A stretch of DNA of 64,000 nt from Verrucomicrobiaceae bacterium (GTDB lineage: Bacteria; Verrucomicrobiota; Verrucomicrobiia; Verrucomicrobiales; Akkermansiaceae), in contig JBPOGH010000010.1 in NCBI GenBank assembly GCA_051252135.1, forward strand, positions 1 to 64,000, written 5' to 3'. The notes beneath the pieces were generated by a model. It saw nothing but the letters and a program-made list of their open reading frames with translations, was not told the DNA's origin and did not search any database. A program made the translations under genes and the position numbers. Below, piece by piece: positions 30,101 through 39,771 of this stretch (position 1 is the first letter of the stretch; every line of letters begins with the position of its first letter).

Positions 30101-31455
30101 CGCATGACGATGGGGTGGAGAAGCCCTTGCAGGCGGATTTTGAGACGCTGGTCTCGGAGAAGGGGGACTCGACGTTTTCGCTGAATGTGAGTGATGTGTC
30201 GTTTAAGTTGGCGAAGGCGGCGTTGGCGGAGGGGAAGTGGCCGGAGGCGGCGAAGGTGCGGCCGGAGGAGTTTGTGAATGCGCAGGATTATGATGATTCG
30301 AAGCCGACGCAGGCGGAGAAGGTGAGTTGTGTGATCGAGCAGGGGCGGCATCCGGCGATGCAGCAGCGGAATGTGATGCGGGTGGCGATGAGCACGGCGG
30401 CGCTGGGGCGGAATGCGACGACGCCCTTGCGGTTGACGATTTTGTTGGATCAGAGTGGGTCGATGGAGCGGGCGGACCGGGCGGAGAGTGTGCGGCGGGC
30501 GTTTGATCTCCTGGCGGCGCAGCTGACGCCGGCGGATGAAGTGACGCTGGTGGGGTTTGCGCGGACGACGCGGTTGTTGGCGGAGCGGGTGAAGGGAGAC
30601 CAGTGCGGGAAGCTTTCGCAGATCGTGGCGAACACGCCGACGGATGGAGGGACGAATTTGGAGCAGGCGCTGGCGACGGGCTTGCAGTTGGCGAAGCAGC
30701 AATTTGTGGAGAAGGCGCAGAATCGGGTCATTTTGCTGACCGATGGCGCGGCGAACCTGGGCGATGCTTTGCCGGAGACCTTGGCGAAGCAGGTGGAAGA
30801 GATGCGCAAGGCGGGAGTGGCCTTTGATGCGTGCGGAGTGGGGGCGGATGGATTGAATGATGATGTGCTGGGTGCCTTGGCGAAGCAGGGTGACGGTCGG
30901 TATTACTTCCTGGATCGTCCGGAGGATGCGGACGAGGGGTTTGCGCGGCAGATTGCGGGGGCGTTGCGCCCGGCGGCGAAGAATGTGAAGGTGCAGGTGA
31001 TTTTCAATCCGGAGCGGGTGGAGAAGTTTAAGTTGTATGGCTTTGAGAAGCATCAACTGAAGAAGGAGGATTTCCGGAATGACGCGGTGGATGCCGCCGA
31101 GATGGCGGCGGAGGAGAGCGGGGTGGCGTTGTATCATTATCAGCCGATGCCGGAGGGGCGGGGTGATGTGGGGACGGTCTCGGTGCGCTTCCTGGATGTG
31201 GCGACGGGGCAGATGGTGGAGCGGACGTGGAATATTCCTTATGAGGCTTCGCAGTGCGACTTTGCGGAAGCGAAGCCTTCGCTGCAGCTGGCTACGGTAT
31301 CGGCACTCTTCGGCGAGAAGCTGAAGGGGTCGATCATGGGTGAGCGGGTGGATCTGAAGGAACTGCGCAAGGCGGGTGATCGGCTGCGGCCGCAGTATGG
31401 CCACCAGAGACGTTTTCAGGAGCTGCGGACGATGCTGCAGCAGGCGGGGCAGTAG
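27157..31455 (+). CDS. Putative anti-sigma membrane protein with C-terminal vWA (YfbK/DUF3520-type) module and mosaic middle
   Basis: ATGA-coupled to sigma; N-terminal L.ALVLGEAS..E, TM; STFSLNVSDVSF, LLDQSGSM (MIDAS), GGTN, ILLTDG, F.NDAVDAAE. Confidence 0.85.
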   Translation: MNDELYSFIEPELEARLVALVLGEASAFEKEELERIMAERPEVGIWKRRMEAVHGLLGDAAKVEDDAEWKLSGERRAKVLGVLKGTVEEEPIRVEVKKRRYSKQSLSALAAAIAIGVVIVGTSNRLKVKSEKSGVAAEFADRDERSREFGIAPTVETRFEAKLVEEQEALIRQEGIVAEKRNALAAVIQQNAIPYFDGGSDTNGRVADQSSVALDAIDAAMIPEVAMVEAEESLGEVGDQFGRNQHRGYSGTVESEPELAVKVEGKKVPGEEVADRYAYFSKDEGTEALLKRARVEKKPSAPGAPQAPTSSMARVVRRSAGTEELAKVDGEGFQEEHEVRFGMEPQTRGTRARVVASTTAVPQQVEVPAMEGMEEETRDNLRRGGMEKDLSLYAVVEDDVSLPGLTAVPEKKSQRPEVARKQMESDFMSLDLDGDLAPAPPVVELQEGVVGQEVAEMSGDFFAAPERDAKGGFSGGGVVVGKPVDFGDADGFGSGLGIGGGGETAALGYDYSLGSRKEDSGLRVEGKNHWGSESAVDAFSSAGNEGEREQLSTSRFQKEVPGVPKNDVASVAGIVTAGMRSGNGAVNLEAIDGALAVPEVGKNFKSRGRRLMESDEQLAQIELKYVDDPIRTNPSLSYEEDEQAGLPSIAMMLKKREPLNSTDLRKRQMRGLDQVWKDAVPYARSMEKVTGDEIRTAAGLEPPKTKLVELQELFYRSSVEKSDLLSKGLGENHPDVVAANKVLKELLGEAAAEVKKEEAEVLSESVGASSLAEKLDHIMIPAVSFEDTTIEEALNYLLLKAGIHDRVTLDNTQKGFNIVRYVRDQSRRRLSMEATEEMTAREFLEEIAERAGLEVEVDDFAVVVSDKGEKVEQWEYEKSGEVSSEFVDRKLRQIVVPQVDVLHSTLGELIDFLELRSKEFDSTTLEAGDKGMEFVLEEPGLADLELNVLQLRNAPLVEVAKHVANMTGTRFRVDGGRVVFFAHDDGVEKPLQADFETLVSEKGDSTFSLNVSDVSFKLAKAALAEGKWPEAAKVRPEEFVNAQDYDDSKPTQAEKVSCVIEQGRHPAMQQRNVMRVAMSTAALGRNATTPLRLTILLDQSGSMERADRAESVRRAFDLLAAQLTPADEVTLVGFARTTRLLAERVKGDQCGKLSQIVANTPTDGGTNLEQALATGLQLAKQQFVEKAQNRVILLTDGAANLGDALPETLAKQVEEMRKAGVAFDACGVGADGLNDDVLGALAKQGDGRYYFLDRPEDADEGFARQIAGALRPAAKNVKVQVIFNPERVEKFKLYGFEKHQLKKEDFRNDAVDAAEMAAEESGVALYHYQPMPEGRGDVGTVSVRFLDVATGQMVERTWNIPYEASQCDFAEAKPSLQLATVSALFGEKLKGSIMGERVDLKELRKAGDRLRPQYGHQRRFQELRTMLQQAGQ

Positions 31456-31509
31456 ATTTTACGAAGCCTTTACCCATTACTTTTTTCCAACCCTTACAAA
31501 TTACAAACT

Positions 31510-34500
31510 ATGAAAATTTTACGACTTCTTCCTTTTTGGCTCGCTGCGGCGGGGACGCTGTGGTCGCAGGAAGCTGAGGCCGAAGGGGCTTCGGTGACTT
31601 CCGAGATTGGCGGGAACGGTCAGCGGATTGTGGTGGAGGCGCACGGGGTGCAGCCGGAGGCTCCGCTTTTTTACTCGGTGACGGTGGAGGGGAACGGGCG
31701 TTATTCGCCGGAGGTGTTTCGGGAGTGGGCGACGCTGGACTTTGTGATTTTACAGGGTGAGGCGAAGCAGCTGTCGGTTGAGATTTTGGGGTCGGCGCGG
31801 GTGGTGAAGGTTGAGGGGGAGTCTGTGAAGGCGTGGTCGGTGAGGGAAGAGGGGGAGAAGCGGTTTCTGGATTTGACGCCGAAGGTGACGAAGGAGGTGG
31901 AGGGATTTTCGGCGACGGTTCATTTGACGCGGAAGGTGAAGGAGTTTCCGGTGGTGGCTCAGGCGACGACCTTTGGGCCTGATCCGAAGAATTCGGGGTT
32001 TGTGGCGAGTTATTCGCTGAAGAGTGTGGGTGGGTTGGGGCATCGGTTGGTGAGTGCGAACGGTGCGGTGTCGCTTGATGATGGGGATGAGGGGGGCGAT
32101 GAGTTGGCATCGTCGCGGCGGACGGAAGTGAAGCTGGAGATTTTTCGCAAAGCGTCGCGGCCCTTGCCGGTGGAGCTGGTGGGAGCGCGGCTTGAGGGTC
32201 GGTTGGATGACGAGGGTGGTTCGGCGGTTTTTTCGCTGAGAGGGACGGTGCGGGTGACGAGTCAGGAGCCGGTGGAGCTGGATATTTTACGAGGTGAGGC
32301 GGCTCCGGTATCGCAGGTGGCGGGTGAGAATGTGCGGCTGGTGCTGGAGCATGCGGGCGGGAATCCGGTGTATCGGTTGAAGTTTACGGCGGCGGGTGAG
32401 TATCCGCTGGAGTTGTCCTTTGTGGCACCGATTGAGAGTCGGGGCGACGCGAAGGGGTTTTCGTTTCAGGTGCCGGGTGGGGCGGTGGTGCCGGTGAGCT
32501 TGTCGGGGGTGGCGGAGTCGTCGGAATTTTTGGAGGAGAGCTTGGTGCAGCCGGATTGGCGTGCCGGGAGCTGGTTGGGATTTTTGCCGGCCTCGGGGCA
32601 GTGTCATTTGGCGTGGAAGCCGAAGCGGACGACGGGAGATGGGAAGTTGTTTTTTACGAGTGAGGCGATGACTGATTTGGCGGTGGGCGCGGGCTTGATT
32701 CGTCAGGTGACGGAGCTGCAGGTGAAGACACTGCAGGGGGCGCTTCCTTCGTTGACCCTGGGCTTGGCCGGGAAGGGTGAGATTTTAGCGGTGGAGGGTG
32801 AGAATGTCCTGAGCTGGAAGGTGAACGAGGGTTCGCTGGAGATTATTTTGAGTCGTCCGGTGACGGCGGAGGCCGGGTTTGTGATTCGGGCGCAATCGGC
32901 GCTGACGGTCTTGCCGGCGCAGCTTGAGCCGCTGCGGTTGACGCCGGAGGGCGCGGTGCGGCATTCGGGATACGTGCGCGTTTTTAATCAGGGTGCGATT
33001 CGTTTTGAGGTGATGAAGTCGGTGGGCTTGACCCAGCTTTCGCCGGACCAGTTTCCGGAAGTGGGTCAGTTCCGGAATGCGCCGAAGCAGGTGTTTTACT
33101 ATCGTTATCCTGCGGCGGAGCGGAATTATGTGATTGCAGCGGAGAGGGTGAAGCCCGAGGTGAATGTGTCGCAGTTGCTAAACTACGAACTGACCGAGAC
33201 GGATCGGGTGGTGCGGGCTGATCTGGAGCTGGATGTGCGGGAGGCGGGGATTCGGGAGTTTGAATTTTATGCACCAGCGGACTATGCGCCGGTGGCGATC
33301 ACGGGAGTGGGGGTATCGGATTATGTGTCGAGTGCGCCTGAGAAGGGAATGCGCCGGATTAAGGTGATTTTTGAAAGCGAAGTGGGTGGTGAGGGTGACG
33401 AGGGGGCACGTCGGCTGATCAAGGTGCATCTGGAGCACAACGCGGCAGCGAAGGCGGGAGCGTGGACGTTGCCGACGCTGAGCTTTCCGGGGTCGAAGTT
33501 TATCCGGGGTGAGTTCGGAGTGAGTGCGGCGCCGGGGTATCGGGTGTCGCCGGGGACGATGGATGGAGTGGGTGAGATGCCGCTGATTCATTTTCAAAAT
33601 CCGGGTGAGCGGCTGCAGCTGGCGTATCGGATCCGAACGGCGGACTGGAAGGGGACTTTGGCGGTGGAGGCGCTGAGTCAGAATGTGCAGGCTGATGTGT
33701 TCCACCTTTATGCGTTGAAGGAGAATACGGCTTACGTGTCGGTGTTGGTGAATTATTTTGTGACGGGATCGCCGGTGAGCGAGTGGACGCTGGCGGTGCC
33801 CGAGGGGGCGGAGCACTTGAATGTGGATGGGCGCGATGTGCGGGATTCGCGGGTGAATGAGGGGGTGCTGACGGTGCCGCTGCATCGTCCGGTGATGGGG
33901 GCTTATCAGCTTCTGGTGACGTATGAGCAGAAGGCCGGGAAAGCGATCGCGATGGGGGGATTGGTGCCGCAGAATGTGCAGGGCGAGCGTGGGTTTGTGC
34001 AGGTGGTGAGTCCGGGGCAGGTGGAGTTGAGCGAGGTGTCGGGGAGTGAGAATTTGATCAAGCTGGATCCGCTTGAGTTACCGGCGGAGTATCGTCTGAT
34101 GTCGCATGCGCCATCGCTTGCGGCGTGGCAGTATACGGGGCGTCCGATTGAGCTGGCGGCTAATATTTCCTGGTTCGAGCGCGGTGAGATGGCGCGGCAG
34201 ATTGTGGAGTATGCGGATTTGAAGAGCCGGATTGCGCGGGATGGAGGCGCGGTGACGGAATCGGTTTACGAAGTGCGGACGCGGGGTGAGCGGACGCTCA
34301 CGTTGAACGTGCCTCGCGGGACGTCAATTCGGTCGGTATCGGTTGATGGCGTGGTGGTGACGATTCGTGAGGCGGGCGAGCAGAGGTTGGTTCCGCTGCC
34401 CGAGACGGTCTCGCCGAATCGTCCGGTGCGGATTGAGATACGGTCGAGCTCGATGGGAGCCGGGGAGCGGGTGCAGCTGAGTGCGCCGACGCTGGCCGGG

Positions 34501-37500
34501 GCGACGCAGTTGGTGACGAAGTGGACGGTGGAAGCGGATGCGGGGCATGTGGTGGAGCCGATCAATTCGGGGAAGACCGAGTTGCTGACGCCCTTTTCCA
34601 CCGAGAATGGATTTCAATGGATTGAGCGGAACTCGCTGGGGATATTCACGCTGGTGCTGCTGGCATGGGCGGCGGGCTGGGGGATGGTGCGCGGGAACCG
34701 GGGGATTGCCTCGATGCTGGGAGCTGACTTGGTGTTGGCGGCGGCGATTGGGGCTTTTTATCTGGCTTGGGGTGGCTTTGGGACGACTCCGACGGTGCCG
34801 ACGGTGCTGGAGTATTCGGTGCCGGTTTTGGCTCCGGATGAGTCGTTGGCTTTGGTGGTGGACCATCGTGAAGAGGGACGGGTGGTGTTCTCGGACTTTG
34901 GGATGTTGATTTCATTTTTGGGATTGGTGGCCCTTTACTTTGCGTGGAAGTGGCCGGTGCATCGGACGGTTCTGATTCTGGGTGGCGCGATCGCGATTGG
35001 AGTGGGGACGCTGGCCCATGCGGGTGGGGCGGGTTGGTTCTTCCTGGTGTTGGGCGGGGCGATTCTGTGGACCTTGTGGCATCTGGTGATGATGCGTCTG
35101 GACGACTGGAAGGACTTCTTTTCGAGACGGAAGGATGAGGATGAAGATGATTTGGAGGACGAGGATGGACCTGAACCCGAGCCCAATTCGCCGGGCGGGG
35201 TGGTGGCGGCCTTAATGGTGGCACTGACGCTGGGTTTTGCGACGGATGCGCGGGCGGAATCGAAGTTCGTTATTCCGGAAGTGCCAACGGGTCCGACGGC
35301 GGACCTGTTGACGGAGCGGTGGGTGATTGCGGATCGTCGGATCGAGGGATCGGGATCGATCACGGTGACGGGGAAGGAAGGGGAGCGTTTTGTGTTGCTT
35401 CGTGGGCCGGGGGTGCTGACGAAATTTGAAGGAGGAGGTCTCAAGGTGATCACCGAGGGTGGTCGTTATTTGGTGGTCCCGACTGCGGATGGAACCCATG
35501 AAGCGAGTTTTTCGTATCAGGCTCCGGCCGGGGATGTGACGAAGGGGCTGCCCTTGTTGAGCGGGCTGGCGGCAGTGCATTCGCTGGAAGTGCGTTACGA
35601 GGCGGCGGGATGGGATATCCAGTCGCCGATTGCGGTGCAGCGGGTGGTGGGCCAGGCGGGTGATGGGAGTGCGGCCAAGTTGTGGCTGCGGCCGATTGCG
35701 GGCGGTCAGGTGGTGTTGAGTCCGAAGGCGCGTGATGTGGCTGCGGAGGCGACGCGATTTTTCTCGGAAGTGAGCCAGGTATTTATTCCGGGGCCGGGAG
35801 TGGTGGACGGGATTCACCAGATATCAATACGTCCGTCGCAAGGGCAGGTGAAGGAGTTGGTGCTGACGGTGCCGAAGGATTTCACGGTGAGTGATGTGCG
35901 GAGCAGTGTGGTGGGGCCTTGGCGTTTTGATCCCGAGAAGGGGTTGTTGCGGATTGAGGTGACGCCGGGGCAGTCGAAGCCTTTTGCGCTGATCGTGGAG
36001 ACGCAGCGGAGTCTGGCGACCTTGCCGGCGGCGGTGGACTTGCAGCCGATGCGGGTGCAGGAGTCATCGGGTGAGGTGGGGATGATTGCGTTGGGATTTG
36101 GAAAGGAGGCGCAGCTGGACAAGGATGTGCCGAAGGGGCTTTCGTTGGTGAATCTGGCGGACTTTGACGGGAGGATGATCCCGATGGATCGCGAGGGCCG
36201 GAAGAGGGCGACCTTGCAGAAGGTTTACCGATACAGCGAGGCGGAGGCGTCACTGAATGTGTCGGTGGCTCCGGTGGCACCGGAAGTACGAGTGATTTCC
36301 GAGGAGAAGATTTCCCTGGGTGACGAACGGGTGGTGCTGGGAGTGGACTTTACCGCTACGATTACGAGGGCGGGCGTGTTTCGGCTGAGCTTCCCGCTTC
36401 CTGCGGGGTTTGAGGTGGAGTCGCTGACGGGTGGTGCGCTGCACCACTGGGTGGAGGTGACCGAGGAGAAGAAGCGGGTGATTGTGATGAATCTGAGAGG
36501 TAAGACGATTGGGGCGCAGAAGTTTTCGCTCGTGCTCTCGGGTCCGCCGACCTTTGCGGTGGGGACCTCGTGGCTGGTGCCGAAGTTTCGCCTGAGCGAA
36601 GCGACGCGGCAGTCGGGCCAGATGGTGATCGTGCCGGGGCGCGGGATTCAGGTGCGGGTGGATTCGCGCAAGGATGTGTCTGCGCTGGATCCGCGATCGG
36701 TGGGCGGGAATCAGGCGGGGTCGCTGGCGTTCCGCTTGTTGCAGGATTCGTGGTCGCTGGGGTTGGCGATTGATCAGCTTGAGCCATCGATTGCAGCGCG
36801 GATGTTGCATGATGTGGAGTTGCGAGAGGGGCGGTCGAAATCGCGGATTGATTTGAGGGTGCAGGTGGATCAGGCCTCGATCCGGTCCTTGCGGGTGCGG
36901 GTGCCGGGTCTTACCGAGCTTGATGAGCAGACCCTGAGGGCTTCGGGAAGCGAAGTGCGGGACATTGTTCAGGTGGCCGATGAGCCGGGTGTTTGGGATG
37001 TGCAGTTCAAGCGGCGGGTAGCCGGGGAGACCTTGATCCGGATTGAGTATGAGCAGAATGAGCAGGATGATGCGAAGGTGCAGATCAATCCATGTCAGGT
37101 GATGGAAGCGCGCCAGCAGGAAACTTATCTGTCGCTTCGTCCGGGAGTGCGGCTGGAGCTTTCACTGGGAGTGACGGACGGATGGCTGGATGTGGATTGG
37201 TCGGCGGTGCCGAAAGAGCTGCGACAGGTGGATCGTTCCGGTGCTCCGGCGGCGTGCCTGCGCACGATGCGGACGGATCAGGGGGTGATGGTTTCGCTCA
37301 AGCGGCACGCGGTGGTGAGCGGTGACAAGTTGCGGGTGAAGAGCGGGGCGTTGCTTTCGGTGCTTTCTCCCAACGGGGAGCTGATGAATCAGGCGGACCT
37401 GGTGATCGAGGCGCGTCAGCGGGGGCCGCTCAATTTAACCCTGCCGAGAGGGAGCCGTTTGTTTGGCGTCTTTGTGAATGAAGAGAGCGCTTTGGTGGTG

Positions 37501-38424
37501 CGGAAGGATGAGAGTTATGTCTTCCATGTGAGTGGAGATGCGGGAACGAACGAGGCGAAGGTGAGGGTGTCGTATGCGACATCGCTGGGTGGGGCGAGTT
37601 TGGACAAGGTGGAATTGGAAGCGTTTCGGGTGGGAGAGCCGCTGGAGAATGTGACGTGGAAGATTGTGGTGCCCGAAGGGTATCGATTGAGGGATGCGGA
37701 GGGAGATTTGGATGTGGCGGAGCATGGGGATGCCGAGTCGGTGAGTCGGGAGGAGTATTTGGCCCTGGTGAACTCGCAGAACTCGCGGAAGGCGGATGGT
37801 GCGCGGGATCGACTGGGACGGGTGGCGACCTACCTGCAGCAGGGTGAGCAGGGGAAAGCGGCGGCGACGCTGGAGCAGGTGTGGAATGGCAACGCGCTTG
37901 ATGCGGCGAGTAACGAAGATGCGCGGGTGAAGCTGGAGAATCTGGTGACGCAACAGGCGATGGTGGGTCTTAATACGAGACGGCAACGGCTTTATCTGGA
38001 TAACAAAGCGCAGGTGACTCAAAGTGATTTGAATGACCAGATCGAGGTGGCGGCGAATGCGAACCCCGTTTTTTCAGGGAACCTGAATTACGATGTGGAT
38101 GACTTTGCGAATGTGACGCGAGGAAACGATGCGCAGGTGAACCGGATGCTGAGCACGATTGCGGCGAAGTGGGTGAAGCACCAGCGGGTGACCGAGCCGG
38201 TATCGCAATTGCTCGATCCTGTGATATCGGCGCCCGGCAAGGCGATTGTTTTTGAGCGGGAAATCCAGGTGAGCGGGCAGAAGCCGCTGAGGCTGGAGCT
38301 GGATTTTGAGAAGGAAGGCGGGGAGAGTAATCCTCTCACCACGGTGTGGTTGCTGGTGCTTTTGGGGCTCAGCTTCTTCCTGATCTGGCGGGGCGTGATG
38401 CGTTCCGGGGAGAAGGGGGAGTGA
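31510..38424 (+). CDS. Giant (2304 aa) exported/membrane hypothetical protein with internal duplication
   Basis: Signal peptide, beta-rich repeats, central TM cluster, C-terminal TM. Confidence 0.85.
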   Translation: MKILRLLPFWLAAAGTLWSQEAEAEGASVTSEIGGNGQRIVVEAHGVQPEAPLFYSVTVEGNGRYSPEVFREWATLDFVILQGEAKQLSVEILGSARVVKVEGESVKAWSVREEGEKRFLDLTPKVTKEVEGFSATVHLTRKVKEFPVVAQATTFGPDPKNSGFVASYSLKSVGGLGHRLVSANGAVSLDDGDEGGDELASSRRTEVKLEIFRKASRPLPVELVGARLEGRLDDEGGSAVFSLRGTVRVTSQEPVELDILRGEAAPVSQVAGENVRLVLEHAGGNPVYRLKFTAAGEYPLELSFVAPIESRGDAKGFSFQVPGGAVVPVSLSGVAESSEFLEESLVQPDWRAGSWLGFLPASGQCHLAWKPKRTTGDGKLFFTSEAMTDLAVGAGLIRQVTELQVKTLQGALPSLTLGLAGKGEILAVEGENVLSWKVNEGSLEIILSRPVTAEAGFVIRAQSALTVLPAQLEPLRLTPEGAVRHSGYVRVFNQGAIRFEVMKSVGLTQLSPDQFPEVGQFRNAPKQVFYYRYPAAERNYVIAAERVKPEVNVSQLLNYELTETDRVVRADLELDVREAGIREFEFYAPADYAPVAITGVGVSDYVSSAPEKGMRRIKVIFESEVGGEGDEGARRLIKVHLEHNAAAKAGAWTLPTLSFPGSKFIRGEFGVSAAPGYRVSPGTMDGVGEMPLIHFQNPGERLQLAYRIRTADWKGTLAVEALSQNVQADVFHLYALKENTAYVSVLVNYFVTGSPVSEWTLAVPEGAEHLNVDGRDVRDSRVNEGVLTVPLHRPVMGAYQLLVTYEQKAGKAIAMGGLVPQNVQGERGFVQVVSPGQVELSEVSGSENLIKLDPLELPAEYRLMSHAPSLAAWQYTGRPIELAANISWFERGEMARQIVEYADLKSRIARDGGAVTESVYEVRTRGERTLTLNVPRGTSIRSVSVDGVVVTIREAGEQRLVPLPETVSPNRPVRIEIRSSSMGAGERVQLSAPTLAGATQLVTKWTVEADAGHVVEPINSGKTELLTPFSTENGFQWIERNSLGIFTLVLLAWAAGWGMVRGNRGIASMLGADLVLAAAIGAFYLAWGGFGTTPTVPTVLEYSVPVLAPDESLALVVDHREEGRVVFSDFGMLISFLGLVALYFAWKWPVHRTVLILGGAIAIGVGTLAHAGGAGWFFLVLGGAILWTLWHLVMMRLDDWKDFFSRRKDEDEDDLEDEDGPEPEPNSPGGVVAALMVALTLGFATDARAESKFVIPEVPTGPTADLLTERWVIADRRIEGSGSITVTGKEGERFVLLRGPGVLTKFEGGGLKVITEGGRYLVVPTADGTHEASFSYQAPAGDVTKGLPLLSGLAAVHSLEVRYEAAGWDIQSPIAVQRVVGQAGDGSAAKLWLRPIAGGQVVLSPKARDVAAEATRFFSEVSQVFIPGPGVVDGIHQISIRPSQGQVKELVLTVPKDFTVSDVRSSVVGPWRFDPEKGLLRIEVTPGQSKPFALIVETQRSLATLPAAVDLQPMRVQESSGEVGMIALGFGKEAQLDKDVPKGLSLVNLADFDGRMIPMDREGRKRATLQKVYRYSEAEASLNVSVAPVAPEVRVISEEKISLGDERVVLGVDFTATITRAGVFRLSFPLPAGFEVESLTGGALHHWVEVTEEKKRVIVMNLRGKTIGAQKFSLVLSGPPTFAVGTSWLVPKFRLSEATRQSGQMVIVPGRGIQVRVDSRKDVSALDPRSVGGNQAGSLAFRLLQDSWSLGLAIDQLEPSIAARMLHDVELREGRSKSRIDLRVQVDQASIRSLRVRVPGLTELDEQTLRASGSEVRDIVQVADEPGVWDVQFKRRVAGETLIRIEYEQNEQDDAKVQINPCQVMEARQQETYLSLRPGVRLELSLGVTDGWLDVDWSAVPKELRQVDRSGAPAACLRTMRTDQGVMVSLKRHAVVSGDKLRVKSGALLSVLSPNGELMNQADLVIEARQRGPLNLTLPRGSRLFGVFVNEESALVVRKDESYVFHVSGDAGTNEAKVRVSYATSLGGASLDKVELEAFRVGEPLENVTWKIVVPEGYRLRDAEGDLDVAEHGDAESVSREEYLALVNSQNSRKADGARDRLGRVATYLQQGEQGKAAATLEQVWNGNALDAASNEDARVKLENLVTQQAMVGLNTRRQRLYLDNKAQVTQSDLNDQIEVAANANPVFSGNLNYDVDDFANVTRGNDAQVNRMLSTIAAKWVKHQRVTEPVSQLLDPVISAPGKAIVFEREIQVSGQKPLRLELDFEKEGGESNPLTTVWLLVLLGLSFFLIWRGVMRSGEKGE

Positions 38425-38528
38425 GACAACGGAGGGCGGGTTTTCAATGGAGGGCGGGTTTTTAAACCACATGGGGGGAGAGGGATGGGGGCATTCCCTC
38501 CACGCTCCATTGGATAAAAATGCTTCCG

Positions 38529-39335
38529 TTAGTTTCTACGGCGCTTCAGGAGGAGGACGCTGGAAATACAGATGCCAATCAGACTGGCAGGTTCCGGGAT
38601 TTGGTTGAGAGCAACGAGGCGATATTCCTGATATTGTGTTTCCCTCACGAGGGTGGCTTCGGCGATGGGGCTTCCGAAGTAAGAGATGTCACTGGTGCCC
38701 TCTCTTCCGAATGGGGTGGTGACTTTCACTTCCGAAGTAGAGGAGAAATCGACAGTGACAACCTGACCTTCGATTTCTCCCAACCCAAGTGCGAGGGCTG
38801 TGGTGGCGTGGGCGGGCTCCTGGGTGACAATGATGCCTTTCTCTTCGAGGGCATCCTTGTGGTCGGCAACAATGGGAGAAATGGCGCTTTGGGTGGAGAT
38901 GCTCACACCGCGGACCACGTTCTGGAGGAAGACGACGTCTTGATCCGAGTTCATCGCTCCGGCGCTGGTGCAGATGCCAAAAGTGGCGCGGAGGTCATTG
39001 CTTAGGACGACCTGGACGATGTTTCCTTGCGAGTAGAAGTCCGGTTCGGGTGAGCCGAAGGCATCGAAGGTGATATTTCGAGAGCTGTGTTTGATGGTCG
39101 AGCTGCCATCAGTTGATGAGCTCCCAAAACCGAGATCATTCTCGATAGCGGATTCCAAGGGGGAGGTATCGATGACTTCCCGGTCGATGAGAGGGGAAGG
39201 GGTGATCAACTCCCAGGTGTATCCGAGAGGGGCAGCAGGCAGGGTAGTGACTGCGGCTTCCAAGGGGGTGAAAAAAATTGCGACGATTCCGCTCAGGAGC
39301 GGAACCCTAACGGGTTCTTGGGTTGTGGGGGGCAC
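38529..39335 (-). CDS. PEP-CTERM surface protein (start uncertain)
   Basis: C-terminal IPEPASLIGICISSVLLLKRRRN. Confidence 0.8.
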   Translation of the reverse strand: MPPTTQEPVRVPLLSGIVAIFFTPLEAAVTTLPAAPLGYTWELITPSPLIDREVIDTSPLESAIENDLGFGSSSTDGSSTIKHSSRNITFDAFGSPEPDFYSQGNIVQVVLSNDLRATFGICTSAGAMNSDQDVVFLQNVVRGVSISTQSAISPIVADHKDALEEKGIIVTQEPAHATTALALGLGEIEGQVVTVDFSSTSEVKVTTPFGREGTSDISYFGSPIAEATLVRETQYQEYRLVALNQIPEPASLIGICISSVLLLKRRRN

Positions 39336-39511
39336 GTGTTATACTTACCAGTAAAATTAATACTTGTAAACATTTAATGAACCTAAATTAAAAAAACTTC
39401 AAACTGTTGGTGTTTCCGGTTGGGTGGCGGTCTATTTTTTGTGCGTCAGCAAATTGGTTAAGGGGGTTCAAGGGGCGGGAGAAAAAACCTGAAAAATAAT
39501 CTTCCGGAGTC

Positions 39512-39539
39512 TTGACAGGGGGGGCGCGATCACTAGAGT
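39512..39539 (+). promoter_or_regulatory. Putative sigma-70 promoter for tRNA-Arg/rpsA
   Basis: TTGACA-16 nt-TAGAGT followed by a GC-rich discriminator. Confidence 0.55.
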
Positions 39540-39556
39540 CGCGGTCCGCGAATTAT

Positions 39557-39633
<77 letters not shown>

Positions 39634-39771
39634 TTCGCGGCTTTTTTCTTTCACGGAAGTGAGAGTGGAATGTTGGAGACAAGCGTGTCAGCGCCCCGTT
39701 GTTTGTCTCTTTCCAGTGGGGCATCTGTCGTCTGGACGATTAACCAAACCAACCAACCTTAACCTACAGTT

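Noticed and set aside
38430..38465. Direct repeat GGAGGGCGGGTTTT x2 as an operator
   Set aside because: It lies between convergent gene ends, so a promoter role is unlikely; no other support.
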